64,000 bases of DNA from positions 192,001 to 256,000 of the forward strand of contig CAVTHK010000010.1 of the NCBI GenBank assembly GCA_963734495.1, in the 5' to 3' direction. The position numbers were made by a program, and so were the translations under genes. The notes under the pieces are model-generated. The model was not told the DNA's origin and searched no databases. It saw only the letters and a list, made by a program, of their open reading frames with translations. The DNA is from an uncultured Spirochaetota bacterium. GTDB lineage: Bacteria > Spirochaetota > Spirochaetia > SZUA-6 > CAVTHK01. This document shows positions 37,187 through 48,432 of this stretch, one piece after another. Position 1 is the first letter of the stretch, and each line of letters opens with the position of its first letter.

Positions 37187-38530
37187 ATGATGGGGCACCG
37201 GAGGACGCACAAGGTGACCGAAGGACGCTTTCGGCTGCGTTGGCGGCTCGTGGCCAAGCTCGGGCTCTTGTCGGCCGTTCTCGCCGCGGCAGCGCTCGCG
37301 GCCGTGGTGATCGCCGTCATCGCCCAGGCCGGGGCGAACGCAATGTCCGCACGGCTCGACGTCGAGAGGCCGCTGACGCGCATCGTCGGCCGGCTCGAGG
37401 CGCGGCAGGAGCAGATCGCGTCGCTCCTCAGCCCGCGGGTGCGAGCCGACCCGGCGGCCGTGCAGGAGGCGACCCGCGCGGCGGGCCGCGACGTGCTCGA
37501 CGCCCTGCAGATCGTCGCCCGGCCCGCGGGGCCGGCCGGAGGCGCGCTGGCCGAGGTGGACGCCGGGCTCGCGATGCTCGTGCGCGACTACCAGGACCTC
37601 GAGCGCGAGGCCGCCGGGACCGGCGCGCTGCAGAAAGCGGCCGCCGTACGCGAGCGGCTCGCGAGCGTCCGCCGGGCGGTCGAGGCGCTTGCCGCGCCGG
37701 CCCCGGGCCCCTCGCCGCGGCTGCTCGCTTCGGCGGCCGCGGCGCTCGGCGCGGCCGCGGCGCTGTGCGCGGCCGCGATGATCGCCCTCGCTGCCGGGAT
37801 CGGCCGGCGGGCGCGGAGGCTCGGGAGGTCGATCGACGAGATGACGTTCCGCGTGCGCAGCGGCGAGCCGCCATTCCCTCCGGACGCGCCGGAGGCGAGC
37901 GACGAGATCGGCTACCTCGCCTTGAGCCTCGGCAGGCTGGCAGGCTCCCTCCAGGGAAGCCTCACCCGCTCTCAGCGGCTCGCCTCCGATCTCGCAACGG
38001 CCGCCAGCCACGACTCGCTCACGGGGGCGCTGAGCCGCATCGAGCTCAACGGCGCGCTCGAAGCCGAGCTCGCGCGCTACCAGAGGTACAAGGGTCCGCT
38101 TTCGGTCATCCTCTTCAACGTCGATCATCTCGGCCGGATCAACGAGCAGGAGGGCTCCGACGTCGGCGACTATGTCTTGTCGACGATCGCGAACCTGGTG
38201 CGCTTCAACGTCCGCAAGACCGACACCTTTGCGCGGTGGGGAGGCGACGAGTTCGCGCTGCTGCTGACGGAGACCTCGATGGACGGCGCCCGGCACCTGG
38301 CCGAGAAGCTCCGGAGGAACATCGAAGTCCACCCGTTCGACAAGGCCGGCACCGTGACCGTGAGCGTGGGCGTGACCGAGCTCGCGGCCGGCGACACGCG
38401 CGACAGCTTCGTCGGGCGGGCCGAGGACGCGATGCACAGGGCACGCACCCGGGGGCGCAATCGCGTCGTCGCCGCATCAGCGCCCGCGTCGCAGGAAGAG
38501 GCAGCCGCGGTCGGCGCGAAGCAGGTGTGA
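37187..38530 (+). CDS. Membrane-bound HAMP-GGDEF protein (possibly degenerate diguanylate cyclase); start uncertain
   Basis: Two TM, DEIGYL HAMP, DSLTG, RWGGDEF, GRNRV. Confidence 0.85.
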   Translation: MMGHRRTHKVTEGRFRLRWRLVAKLGLLSAVLAAAALAAVVIAVIAQAGANAMSARLDVERPLTRIVGRLEARQEQIASLLSPRVRADPAAVQEATRAAGRDVLDALQIVARPAGPAGGALAEVDAGLAMLVRDYQDLEREAAGTGALQKAAAVRERLASVRRAVEALAAPAPGPSPRLLASAAAALGAAAALCAAAMIALAAGIGRRARRLGRSIDEMTFRVRSGEPPFPPDAPEASDEIGYLALSLGRLAGSLQGSLTRSQRLASDLATAASHDSLTGALSRIELNGALEAELARYQRYKGPLSVILFNVDHLGRINEQEGSDVGDYVLSTIANLVRFNVRKTDTFARWGGDEFALLLTETSMDGARHLAEKLRRNIEVHPFDKAGTVTVSVGVTELAAGDTRDSFVGRAEDAMHRARTRGRNRVVAASAPASQEEAAAVGAKQV

Positions 38531-38615
38531 AGCGCCGACAGACCCCGGCTTTCCCGGCTTGGGCATGATTGGGCAGGGCGCTCGAAAGCGATATAATTGT
38601 AGATTGCTGAAACAA

Positions 38616-39701
38616 ATGGTCGCGTCGTCGGCCAGGAATCGCTCGAAGAAAGTCGCAGCATTGATCGCAGCCTTGCTCCTCGGGGCGACGGCCTCTGTCG
38701 TCGCCGCCGATGACCCGGCGGCGCGGGTCGTCCAGGTCGTGGGGCCGCAGCGCGGCGATCAGGACACGCAGCTTCAGGAAATACTGACCAGCTTTCTCAG
38801 CATCGAGGTCGAGCGCGCGGGATTGTCGCCTGTCCGGCCCGAAGACGGGCAGGCCGCAGTCACCGGAGCGCCCGCGGCCTTGTCCGCGCTGGCGGCGAGG
38901 CAGCAGGCGCGCTACGTGCTCGTCGCCTCGTATCTCAGACGCGGGCAACAGGTGTTCCTCGACCTCCGATGGTTCGACAGCTCCTCCGCCACGGTGGTCG
39001 CGAACGAGCAGCGCGTCGCCGCGATCGACCTGGACCTGGACACCGCGCTGGGCTCGGCCGCGAAGGCGCTCCTCGACGCCAGCGGCGCGCGCAGGAGCCG
39101 CGTGCTTCCGTCGCCCGACACAGTCGGGGCGGCCTCCGCCCAGGCGGCGCCGCCCGCAAGCGCGCAGATCCCTGCCGCGATCGCGCAGGCGCCGGCGGGG
39201 AGGCAGGAATCCTTCACCCGTTTCATATCCTCTCTGAGCTTGAGCGGAGTGCTCGTCACCGGATTCGCGAGCGACTACTTCAAGTACGGCCTCATGCCGT
39301 CCTTCTTCGTCGGCTACCGGGTGGCGCTGGGCGCCGGGGTCCTGGCCGCGGGCGCGGGCGCGGGGTACGGGCTCTTCCTCACGCAGGGCGATCTTGCCGA
39401 CATCGAAATCGAGGCGATCCCCGTGTCGGCGGGCGTGCGCTACGAGCTCGGGGGCGGAGGCTCGCTCATCGTCTACCTGCGCGCCGAGGCCGGACCGGCG
39501 ATGCTCAGGGTGCGGCCCTCGGGCGGATCCGCAGTGAGCAAGATCGTCCCGTTCGGGGTCGCAGGGATCGGCATCGGCGTCCCCCTGACCGGATCGATTG
39601 GATTCACGTTCGAGACGAGCTATTCTGTCTACGTAGAGAGCCAGAACCCGATCCAGGGCTTCACGCCCGCGGTCGGGTCCTACGTGCGGTGGGGCAGATG
39701 A
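38616..39701 (+). CDS. Secreted protein with predicted C-terminal outer-membrane beta-barrel
   Basis: Signal peptide, TolB_N/CsgG-like N-domain, Ala/Pro linker, alternating beta-strands ending SYVRW; TATAAT at 38592. Confidence 0.6.
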   Translation: MVASSARNRSKKVAALIAALLLGATASVVAADDPAARVVQVVGPQRGDQDTQLQEILTSFLSIEVERAGLSPVRPEDGQAAVTGAPAALSALAARQQARYVLVASYLRRGQQVFLDLRWFDSSSATVVANEQRVAAIDLDLDTALGSAAKALLDASGARRSRVLPSPDTVGAASAQAAPPASAQIPAAIAQAPAGRQESFTRFISSLSLSGVLVTGFASDYFKYGLMPSFFVGYRVALGAGVLAAGAGAGYGLFLTQGDLADIEIEAIPVSAGVRYELGGGGSLIVYLRAEAGPAMLRVRPSGGSAVSKIVPFGVAGIGIGVPLTGSIGFTFETSYSVYVESQNPIQGFTPAVGSYVRWGR

Positions 39702-40828
39702 GCAGGCGTTGGACGAGACCGGCGGTGGTGGTCGCGCTCGCGCTCGTGGCGGCGGGCTGCGACAACTTCTCGTTCTTCGGCGAGCTGGACAGGCTCGCGG
39801 ACAAGGGCCCGCCGAACATCTACCCCAATACGGCCGTAGTATACAAGAAGGGGTTCCTGGCCTTCGCTGCGGACGGCGGCAGGCCGCCCTACATCTTTCA
39901 GGCTGCGAGCGGGGGCGGCACCATCACGATGACGAGCCCGGCCACCGCTCAGTACACGGCGCCTTCGACCGAGGCGCTCGCGACCGTGCGCGTGACCGAC
40001 TCGACGGGAACCTTCAGCGAAGCTCAGGTCAACGTCATCACACCACCGGACCCGCTCCGGATCAACCCCACGTTGATCACGCTGCAGGTAAACAGCGGCT
40101 ACGAGTTCTCCGGCATGGGCGGCGTCCTCCCCTACACGTATTCCATCACTTCGGGCGGAGGCGTCATAGACCCTCTGACGGGAGATTTTACGGCGCCTGG
40201 TTCGGCTGCGACTGTGTACGTCCACGTGGAAGACGCCTACGGATCAATCCCGCCGCCGGACGCAAGAGTGGACGTCGTCGACACGGGGGCGCTGGTGCTC
40301 AACCCTCTCTCGGCGACCGTCGAGCAGGGGCGGAGCCAGCAGTTCATAGCCAACGGCGGCATCCAGGGGTACGCCTATTCTCTCTTGTCCCCCAACGGCG
40401 GCGCGGCGTCCGTCGACTCGAGCGGGCTCTTTGCGGCGCTCGCGACAGCCGCGCCCGGGACAACCTACACGGTGGAGGTGACTGACAGCACGGTCCCGAC
40501 GGCCAAGTCAGCACAGTCGACCGTGGCTATCGCGCCCGCCGCGCCGACGAACCTTGTCGCAAACGGCCGCTACGGCACGAAGTACGAGATCCTCCTCACG
40601 TGGCGAGACAACTCCGTCGGCGAGACGGGCTTCGTGATCGAGATCAGGCCGCCCAACGGGCATTTCGATCCGCTTCCGTCGGGGCCATTGCCCCCCAATA
40701 CGACGCACTGTGTAGTAGACGGCCTCACCCAGAACGTGATCTATACGTTCAGGATCCGGGCGTACGTCGATCCGACCCCGATCTACTCCGCCTACTCCGA
40801 GCTGGCTTACGCCGTTCCGAACCGGTAG
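39698..40828 (+). CDS. Lipoprotein with tandem Ig-like repeats and a C-terminal fibronectin type III domain
   Basis: Lipobox VAAGC; three GG..PY/GY...G.I...G.Y/F.AP repeats; PAAPTNL..LTW.DNS..ETGF..GL..Y.FRIRAY. Confidence 0.75.
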   Translation: MSRRWTRPAVVVALALVAAGCDNFSFFGELDRLADKGPPNIYPNTAVVYKKGFLAFAADGGRPPYIFQAASGGGTITMTSPATAQYTAPSTEALATVRVTDSTGTFSEAQVNVITPPDPLRINPTLITLQVNSGYEFSGMGGVLPYTYSITSGGGVIDPLTGDFTAPGSAATVYVHVEDAYGSIPPPDARVDVVDTGALVLNPLSATVEQGRSQQFIANGGIQGYAYSLLSPNGGAASVDSSGLFAALATAAPGTTYTVEVTDSTVPTAKSAQSTVAIAPAAPTNLVANGRYGTKYEILLTWRDNSVGETGFVIEIRPPNGHFDPLPSGPLPPNTTHCVVDGLTQNVIYTFRIRAYVDPTPIYSAYSELAYAVPNR

Positions 40829-40852
40829 AGCTACCCGCCCTTTCCCGCGGCG

Positions 40853-42471
40853 TCAGATCGATCGCAGCAGGGTCTGCAGCTTGTCCGCGAGGGTCTTGAA
40901 CAGGTCGTCCACCGACATGCCGGTCGTATCGACCGGCTTCTCGCCGATCAGGCGCTGCACGAGCAGCACAACGCTGGCGAGCGCGGTCTGCTCCCCGGCC
41001 TGCAGCTTCTCGGCGCCGAAGCGGTCGAAGAACTGCTCCATCGCGTCGTACAGCTCCGGGTACTGCGCCCGCACGGGAGCGGAATCGACGACCTGCTTGA
41101 GCAGGGCCTTGGTCTTGAGCAGATCGTAGACCCTGCCCGTCGGATCCGGCTGACCTGACGCGAGGCCGCTGTTCTGCTCCCGCAGCGTGCGGCTCAGCGA
41201 GGTCACGCGGTCCGCGCGCGCGGCCTGCTCCTGCCGCCGCGCCTCGCGCTCACGCGCGAGGTCTTCGTTCACCCTGGCGAGCGCCTGCTGCCGGCGGTCG
41301 ACCTCGTTCTGCAGATCCTGCAGCTTCTGGTTGAGCGCAAGCCTCTCCTGCTCCCAACGCCCGCGCTCCATGCCGAGAACGCGCTCGTAGCTGCCGCGGA
41401 CTTCTGGGATCTCCGAGAGCGCGGCGCGGTAGAGCGTCTCCGCCGCGGCTGTCTGCCCCGCGGCGAAGCGCGCCTCCGCCTGCCGCGCGAGGGCCGTCAC
41501 CCGCGCGAGCAGCTCGTCGGAGCGGTTCGGCGGGGGGGAGCCGGCTCCTCCTGCAGGCGCGCCAGCAGCCCGCGCAGCGTCGCGATGGTCGACACCTCCA
41601 AAGGGCGTATGCGCTGGATCACCGGGAGCCCGGCCGTCGGACCCTCGTTCAGCACCGCCTCGATCTCGTCGAGGTCGCGCGACGCCGCATCCCACGCCCG
41701 CGAGGCCGCGTCCTGCTGGAAGGCGCGGTACCCGACGGCCAGGCGCTCGAGCGCGAGCCCCTCGTTTTCGGTAAAGCGGGCCGCTTCGGGGAGCGGTTGC
41801 GGGGCCGGCGCAGCGGCCGGCGGCGTCGGCGGTGCCGCGGGCGCGGCGGCGGTCTCCAGGGCGCGCCTTTCCTCGCGCGCGCGGTCGAGCGCGGCCGTGG
41901 CCTCGGCAATCCGTCGCTCGAGCTCGGCGGCGCGCGCGTCGGCCTGCGCGCTCCCTGCGGGCCCGGACGCCGCGGCAGCCTGGATCCGGTCGCGCTCGGC
42001 GGCCAGATCCCTGAGGCGGCGCAGCGCGGACTCGACCTCGCGGTCCTTTGCGGCGATCTGGAGGGCGGATTCCTCCCGGATGGCGGCGACCACCTCGCCC
42101 TCGGCGCCGACGACCCCGCGCGCCGAAGCGACGATGCTCTGCTCTTCGCCGGCGAAGATCCGCACGAGGGCGAACAGCCCGACCACGATCACGGCAACCG
42201 CGGCGGCGTTGGTCAGGAGGGGAAGGAGGCTGCCGTTGCGCAGCGACGAGAAAGCGAAGGCGTCGCCCTGCACCGGGGCCCTGGCCGTAAGCCGCTCGAT
42301 CTCGCCCTCGATCTCGCGCCGCTCGATCTCGTCGATGACTTCGGCGGCCGCCGCCTCGCCGCCCGTCGCCTCGACCGTCGCAGGAACGCCCGACTGCTCC
42401 TGGATCTCGAGCGCCCTCCTGTAGAGGCCGCGAACGGGGGATTCGCGCACTCGATCGTCGACGCTCGCCAT
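40853..42471 (-). CDS. Single-TM coiled-coil hypothetical protein; frameshift at the G7 run near 41535
   Basis: ORF 41497-42471 (one TM, long helices) continues in the 40853 frame (SDELLARV..TPR-like, coiled coil). Confidence 0.6.
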
Positions 42472-42579
42472 GACAGGATAGTAAGCCCGCCCCGCCCCGC
42501 TTCACAAGCGGTTTCGAGCGGCGCCCGCGCCGCGCGGGGGCGGGGATCCGTCGGCGCTCGCGTCCCGCGCGCAGGACGT

Positions 42580-42608
42580 TTGACGGCGCCCATACGCCGA
42601 TGTACGAT
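42580..42608 (+). promoter_or_regulatory. Sigma70-type promoter TTGACG-N17-TACGAT (near-leaderless cyclase)
   Basis: Consensus-like hexamers, 17-nt spacer, 9 nt before GTG, no SD. Confidence 0.6.
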
Positions 42609-42617
42609 CGCACCACC

Positions 42618-44281
42618 GTGAAGATCCGCGCCAAGATGATGCTGGTCTTCCTCCCCCTCCTCCTCACGCCCCTCATCCTGACCGCGGCGGCGGCGTCGTT
42701 CGCGGCGCGCAACGGCATCACCGGCGTCGCCACCAGCTTCCTGCGCTTCAAGGCCGAGCAGCTCGAGAGCTACGTCCGCGGCCAGTGGGACCTGCTGGTC
42801 AGCAACCGGCTGCAGGGCAACGCGCGGCTCGTCGACGCGGTGCGCTCGGGGGTCGCGGCGTTTGCCGCGAGCCTCGTACGCAGCCAGACCGAGCTGATCC
42901 TCGCCGTCGACGGATCGGGCCGTGTGGCGATGTCGACGGCTCCCGTGAATCTGTCGGAGACGGAGAGCGCCGAGCTCGCGCTGATCGCGGAAACGGGCGC
43001 CCGGGGCTGGCGTCTCGTCCGCCTCGGGGGCAAGGCGCGGGTGGCGCAGACCTTCACCTTCGAGCCTTTCTCCTGGCTGGTCGTCGTGAGCGAGCAGCGG
43101 GAGACCTTCTACAGCGCGGTCGGCCAGATCTACTGGCAGAGCGCGGCGATCACGGGGGTCTTCGTCGCGGCGACCCTCGTCCTCATGTTCCTGTTCTCAC
43201 GCTACCTCACGAGGCCGCTGCGGAACGTGGTCGGCGTCATGCGCGACGTCATCGCGCGCGGCGACCTGTCGCGGAGGGTGGACATTCTCTACGAGGACGA
43301 GACGGGGGAGCTCGCGCACACCTTCAACCTCATGACCGGGCAGCTCGAAAGCGCCTACGGGGAGATCAAGGGCTACGCATGGCGTGCCGCCATCGCGGAG
43401 CGCAAGGAGAGGAAGATCCGGAACATCTTCCAGAAGTACGTCCCCAACGACGTGATCGAGCAGTTCTTCGCCAGCCCGGAGTCGCTCCTCACCGGCGAGA
43501 CCCGCGTCGTCGCGATCCTCTTCTCGGACGTGCGCGGGTTCACGAGCATCTCGGAAACCCTCAAGGCCGATGAGCTCGTGGATTCGCTCAACCACTACTT
43601 CGGGGCGATGGTCGACATCGTGATGCGCCACGGCGGCCTGGTGGACAAGTACATCGGCGACGCCGTGATGGCGGTCTACGGAGCCACGGTCAAGCACAAG
43701 GACGACGCGCGCCAGGCCGTGGAGTCGGCGTTCGAGATGCTGCAGGCGCTCGGCGACTTCAACGCGTGGATGCGCCAGCGCAGGGCGTCCCGCGTTCCAC
43801 ATCGGCGTGGGGATCAACTACGGCGCCGTGACGGTCGGCAACATCGGTTCGGACAAGAAGCTCGACTACACGATCATCGGCGACTCGGTCAACGTGGCCA
43901 GCCGCCTGCGAGGGGCTCACCAAGACGTACCGGGAGCCCATCATCGTCTCCGAAAGCGTCCACCGCTACGTCGAGCAAGGAGTTCCCCTGCCGCATGATC
44001 GACCGCGTCGCGGTCAAGGGCCGCGCCGGGACGACCCAGATCTACTCGCCGCGCCGGTCGCTGACTCCCGCAGGAGGAGCGGGCGTGGGAGATCTACCAT
44101 GCCGGGCCTGCAGACCTACTACAACCGCGAGTTCGACGAGGCCGCCCGGCGCTTCGAGGAGGTGTTCCGCATGCTCCCCGAGGACAGGCCCGCGGAGATC
44201 TTTCTCGAGCGCGCGCGCAGCTTCGTGCTGAACCCGCCGCCCGACGGCTGGGACGGCACAGTCCAGCTCGTGGAAAAATAG
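42618..44281 (+). CDS. Class III adenylate cyclase (Cache-like/HAMP/cyclase/TPR tail); several frameshifts in 43780-44110
   Basis: [42 protein letters not shown] (K/D = ATP specificity), VAVKG, PPDGWDG tail. Confidence 0.85.
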
Positions 44282-44333
44282 AAGGCGGGTGCGGCGGCCG
44301 CGCCTCTGCGACGCCGCGGCCGCGGCCGGTGGA

Positions 44334-46837
44334 TCAGCGCGCCGGGCCGTCCCCCGCGTAGGTGTCGCGCAGGCTGCGCATCACGAGCTGTCCGGCAAAG
44401 TCCTTTTCGCCCATCTCCGCTTCGGGCCTGATCGCCAGCTCGATGCTCTCGCCCGCCCCGAGGTGGAAGAAGCGGTCGGAGTAGCGGGCGGGGGTGCCCG
44501 GGAGCTCGGGCCAGACCCAGAGGGCCGGCCTCTTTGCGGAGACCGTCACGGCAAACGAGCCGTCCCTGGCGCGGCGGGCCTTGAAGCGAAGCTCGGGGTC
44601 CGGCGAGCTCCAGGTGCTTCGGCCGGGCAAAGGTCGCGAGGTTGGAAGACACGACCTTGCCTCCCAGGGACAGCTCGATCCAGAGCAGAACGTTCCGCGC
44701 GCCTTTCTGCGCGATCTCGTCGGCGAGCCTCAGCGTCGTCACGCGCCTGCTCTTCTCGGCCGCGAGGGCCGCGTCCTCGTGGCCGCTGCGCACGACCTTG
44801 CCCGCGAGGTCGGTGAGGTGCCACCGGATGCGGCCTTCGGCCGGCACGAGCAGGTCCGAGCTGACCCAGATCTCGCAGGTGCCCTTTTCCGCGTCCTCTA
44901 CCGCCGACACGAGCAGCGGGGCGTAGAAGCGCCGCGCCATGTAGTGCAGCGCCTTCCACCTGCGGAAGTAGTCGATCGACGACCAGCTCGCGACCGGCCA
45001 GCAGTCGTTGAGCTGCCAGTAGAGCGTGCCCATGCCGCGCGGCATGCTGCGCCGCCAGTGCTCGACCGCGTACTTCATCGCCATGCCCTGCAGGATCTGG
45101 GTCAGCCAGAGCGTGCTGTCGAAGCCGGCCGGCAGGCGGAACCAGTCGAGCATGTACTGCATGATCGCCGCGTTGCCGATGCCGCTGCGCTGGTGGTGCT
45201 CCATGACGTAGGACGTGATGTTGCGGTCGGCGGGCTCGGTGTAGGCGGCGACGGTCCGCGGCTCGGGGAAGGACTGGAAGCCGAACTCGCTGTTGAACCG
45301 GTGCTCGCAGGTGCGGTACCACTCGAAGGGCTTGCGGCCGTGCCAGACGTCCCACAGGTGCGCGTCGCCCCAGCGGGGGTTCTGCAAGTCGCTGCGGTCG
45401 CCCAGCGGCGAGTGCGGGCTGGAGGGCCAGTAGTCGCGCTCGGGGTCGAGCCTGGCGACCACGCCGGGGAGCAGGCGGTCGAAGAGCTTCTCGTAGTCGT
45501 CCCAGCTCATCTCGCCGGCCGCCGTGTCGGGCCCGACCAGCCCCGATCTGCTCGATCTCGTTGTTGCCGCACCAGAGCGCGAGGCAGGCGTGGTGGCGCA
45601 GCCGCCGCACGTTGTCCTCGGCCTCCGCCTTGCACGTTGTCCATGAACTCGCCGTCGAAGGCCGGATAGGCGCTGCAGGCGAACATGAAGTCCTGCCAGA
45701 CGCAGATGCCCAGTTCGTCGCAGAGGTCGTAGAAGGCGTCGTCCTCGTAGATGCCGCCGCCCCAGACGCGCAGCATGTTCATGTTGGCGTCGACCGCGGC
45801 CTGGATCAGGTCGTCGTAGTCCGCCGGCCCGATGCGCGTCACGAACGCGTCGGCGGGGATCCAGTTGGCGCCCTTGGCGAAGAACGGCACGCCGTTGACG
45901 ACGAACTGGAAGGACTCGCCCCACGCGTCGGGCTTGCGCTCCAGCCGCAGCGTCCGCAGCCCGATGCGTGCGCCGCGCCTCGTCGAGCGCGACGCCATCG
46001 CCGTCGCGCAGCGTCACGGTGACGTCGTAGAGCGGCTGGCTCCCCATGCCGTTCGGCCACCAGAGCGCCGGGTCGTCGAGGCGCAGCCGCGCGGTCGCGG
46101 AGCCCCGCGCCGTCTCCGCTCTCTGCCGGGCCGCGACCTCTCCCCGCAGGGCGGCCACCGCCTCGACGCGCGTGCCGGTCTTTTCGAACGCGTCCACGTC
46201 GACGGAGACCTCGAGGTCCACGCGGCCGCGGCTGTGCGTCTGGCGGATGCGGACGTCGGCGAGCCGCGCCGTCGGTGAAGGCGGCGAGGCGGATCGGCCG
46301 CCAGATCCCGGCCGGCACCAGCTTCGGGCCCCAGTCCCAGCCGTAGTGGCACTGGCACTTGCGGACCCGGTTTCCGCCCTCGACCCGGTGCGCCCCGATC
46401 CCCGTGTGGTGCAGATAGCGGATCGCCTGCTGCGCCTTGATCACGGGATACGTCGAGCGGAAGCGGATGCTGATCCGGTTCTCCCCCTCCGCCAGGCGCC
46501 GTCGCACGTCGAACTCCCAGCGACGGAACATGTTGTCGGCGCGGCCGACGACGCCGTCGTTGAGCCTGACTTCGGCGATGGTGTCGAGCCCGTCGCACTG
46601 CAGCAGGACCCTGTCCGACGCCAGGAGCTCCGCGTCCGCCGTGAAGGCGCGCGAGTAGACCCAGTCGGTCTCGCCGATCCACTGCAGCCGGGCCTCGTTG
46701 TCGCGGTAGAACGGGTCCTCGAGGGCGCCGGCCGCGAGCAGGTCGGTATGAACGCACCCGGGCACGCGCGCGGGGATCTCTCCGCTGCCGTCCCCACGGG
46801 TCAGGGTCCAGTCGCCGCACAGGTCCACGATACGCAT
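44334..46837 (-). CDS. GH2 beta-mannosidase-like glycoside hydrolase; about 5 frameshifts
   Basis: ARVPGCVHTDL, DGLDT, GWDWGP, LWWPNG.G.QPLY, KGANWIP, NMLRVWGGG, WCGNNE, SEFGFQS, YWQLNDCWP. Confidence 0.88.
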
Positions 46838-46901
46838 CGGTGCCGATTCTATATGCCGCCTGCCGCCCCCGCAACCTGTGCGCAGGCGCCGGCGCCCGGC
46901 C

Positions 46902-48223
46902 CTACCGCGACGACCCGAACTGCGGCAGCCAGTCGCGGTTCTTCTCGAAGAGCACGGCGACCATCCGCTCGATCTCCTCGAGGCTGAGCACGGCGCTCGT
47001 GAGCGGGTCCATGCACACCGCGTGGAACACCTTGCGCGGATCGCCCTCGAGCGAAGCCTGGACCGCCAGCTCCTCGCACAGGGCGTTCGTGCCCGTGAGC
47101 GCCGCCAGGTGGGCCGGCAGCGGGCCGACGTGGATCGACTGCAGGCCGGCCCGGGAGGCCACGACCGGCACCTCGACGCAAGCGTCGGGCGGCAGGTTGT
47201 CGATCAGACCGGCGTTGCGGACGTTCCCGTTGAATCGGAAAAGCCCGCCGTCGCCGATCATCGCGTTAAAGATGTTCGCGGCGTACTCGTGCGAGCGGGA
47301 CGAGGTCGACCTTCTCCTGGCCCGAGCCACTTCAGGATCTCGTCCTTCCACGTCGCCTCGCGCTTGCGGTACTCGTCGAGGATGTAGGCGTAGACCCCCG
47401 GGTTCCAGCCGGTGCCGTGGGTGCAGTACTTCTCGATGAGGTCGGGCCTCTTGCGGAACCAGGCGTTGTACTCGGAGTTGTGGCCGCTGGATTCCGTCGG
47501 ATAGTAGTCGAGGTGCAGGAACATCTCGTTGCGGACCGGCTCCTCGTTGTAGATCTCGGGCCGCCGGATCGCCTCGCGGATCAGCGGGTACGCGTCCTGG
47601 CCTTCCCACCGGTACTGCAGGTACCACGCCTGGTGGTTGATTCCCGCGCACGTGTACGTGATCTCCTCCATCGGCGCGCCGATCCAGCCCGCCAGCATCT
47701 CCGCCGTCCCCTGCACGCTGTGGCAGAGCCCCGTAAACGTGAGCCGGCTCGTCGCCTGGACCGCGCGGCACAGCATGGCCATGGGGTTGGTGTAGTTCAG
47801 CACGATCGCGCGGGGGCAGTAGCGCTCGATGTCCGCGGCGATTTCCAGCATCACCGGGATGGTGCGCAGGGCGCGGAAGATGCCCGCCGGCCCGCGCGTG
47901 TCGCCCACGTTGATGTCGACGCCGAACTCCTTGGGCACCTCGATGTCGTAGCGCCAGATCTTCACGCCGCCGACCAGGATCGTGATCACGACCCCGTCGG
48001 CGCCCTCCAGCGCCTGGGCGCGGTCCGTCGTGGCCTCGACCTTCGCGGGGTAGTCCCCCGCGCGGACGATCCGGTCGATCGCCTGCTTGATAAAGCCGAG
48101 GCGCTCCTCGTCGATGTCCATGAGGGCAATCGTGCTCCCGGCGAGCGCCGGAAAGCTCAGGATGTCGCGCACCACCTTGCGCGTGAACCCGAAGCTCCCG
48201 GCCCCGATGAATGCGATCTTCAC
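46902..48223 (-). CDS. melA: GH4 alpha-galactosidase (NAD+/Mn2+-dependent); frameshift(s) near 47300-47325
   Basis: [46 protein letters not shown]. Confidence 0.85.
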
Positions 48224-48432
48224 GCCCCGTACCTCCTTGCGTCTCCCGGCTCCACGGCAGTCGGTCGGATCGCGCCCGCCGCCGCCCGCCGCCCGCCTCC
48301 GCCCGGCCCTCGGCCGGTTCCCGGCACGCGGGCTTGCCTCCGGTGCGGCGTATGTTAAGATGTCCCGCCGTTCGAGGCAACCCCGAGTCTTCGAGGTGGC
48401 CCGGCCGCCGCCAGGGCCGTGGGAGGCACGCG

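Noticed and set aside
41531-41540. G7 tract as a phase-variation switch
   Set aside because: Short homopolymer in a sequence full of indel errors; sequencing error is more parsimonious
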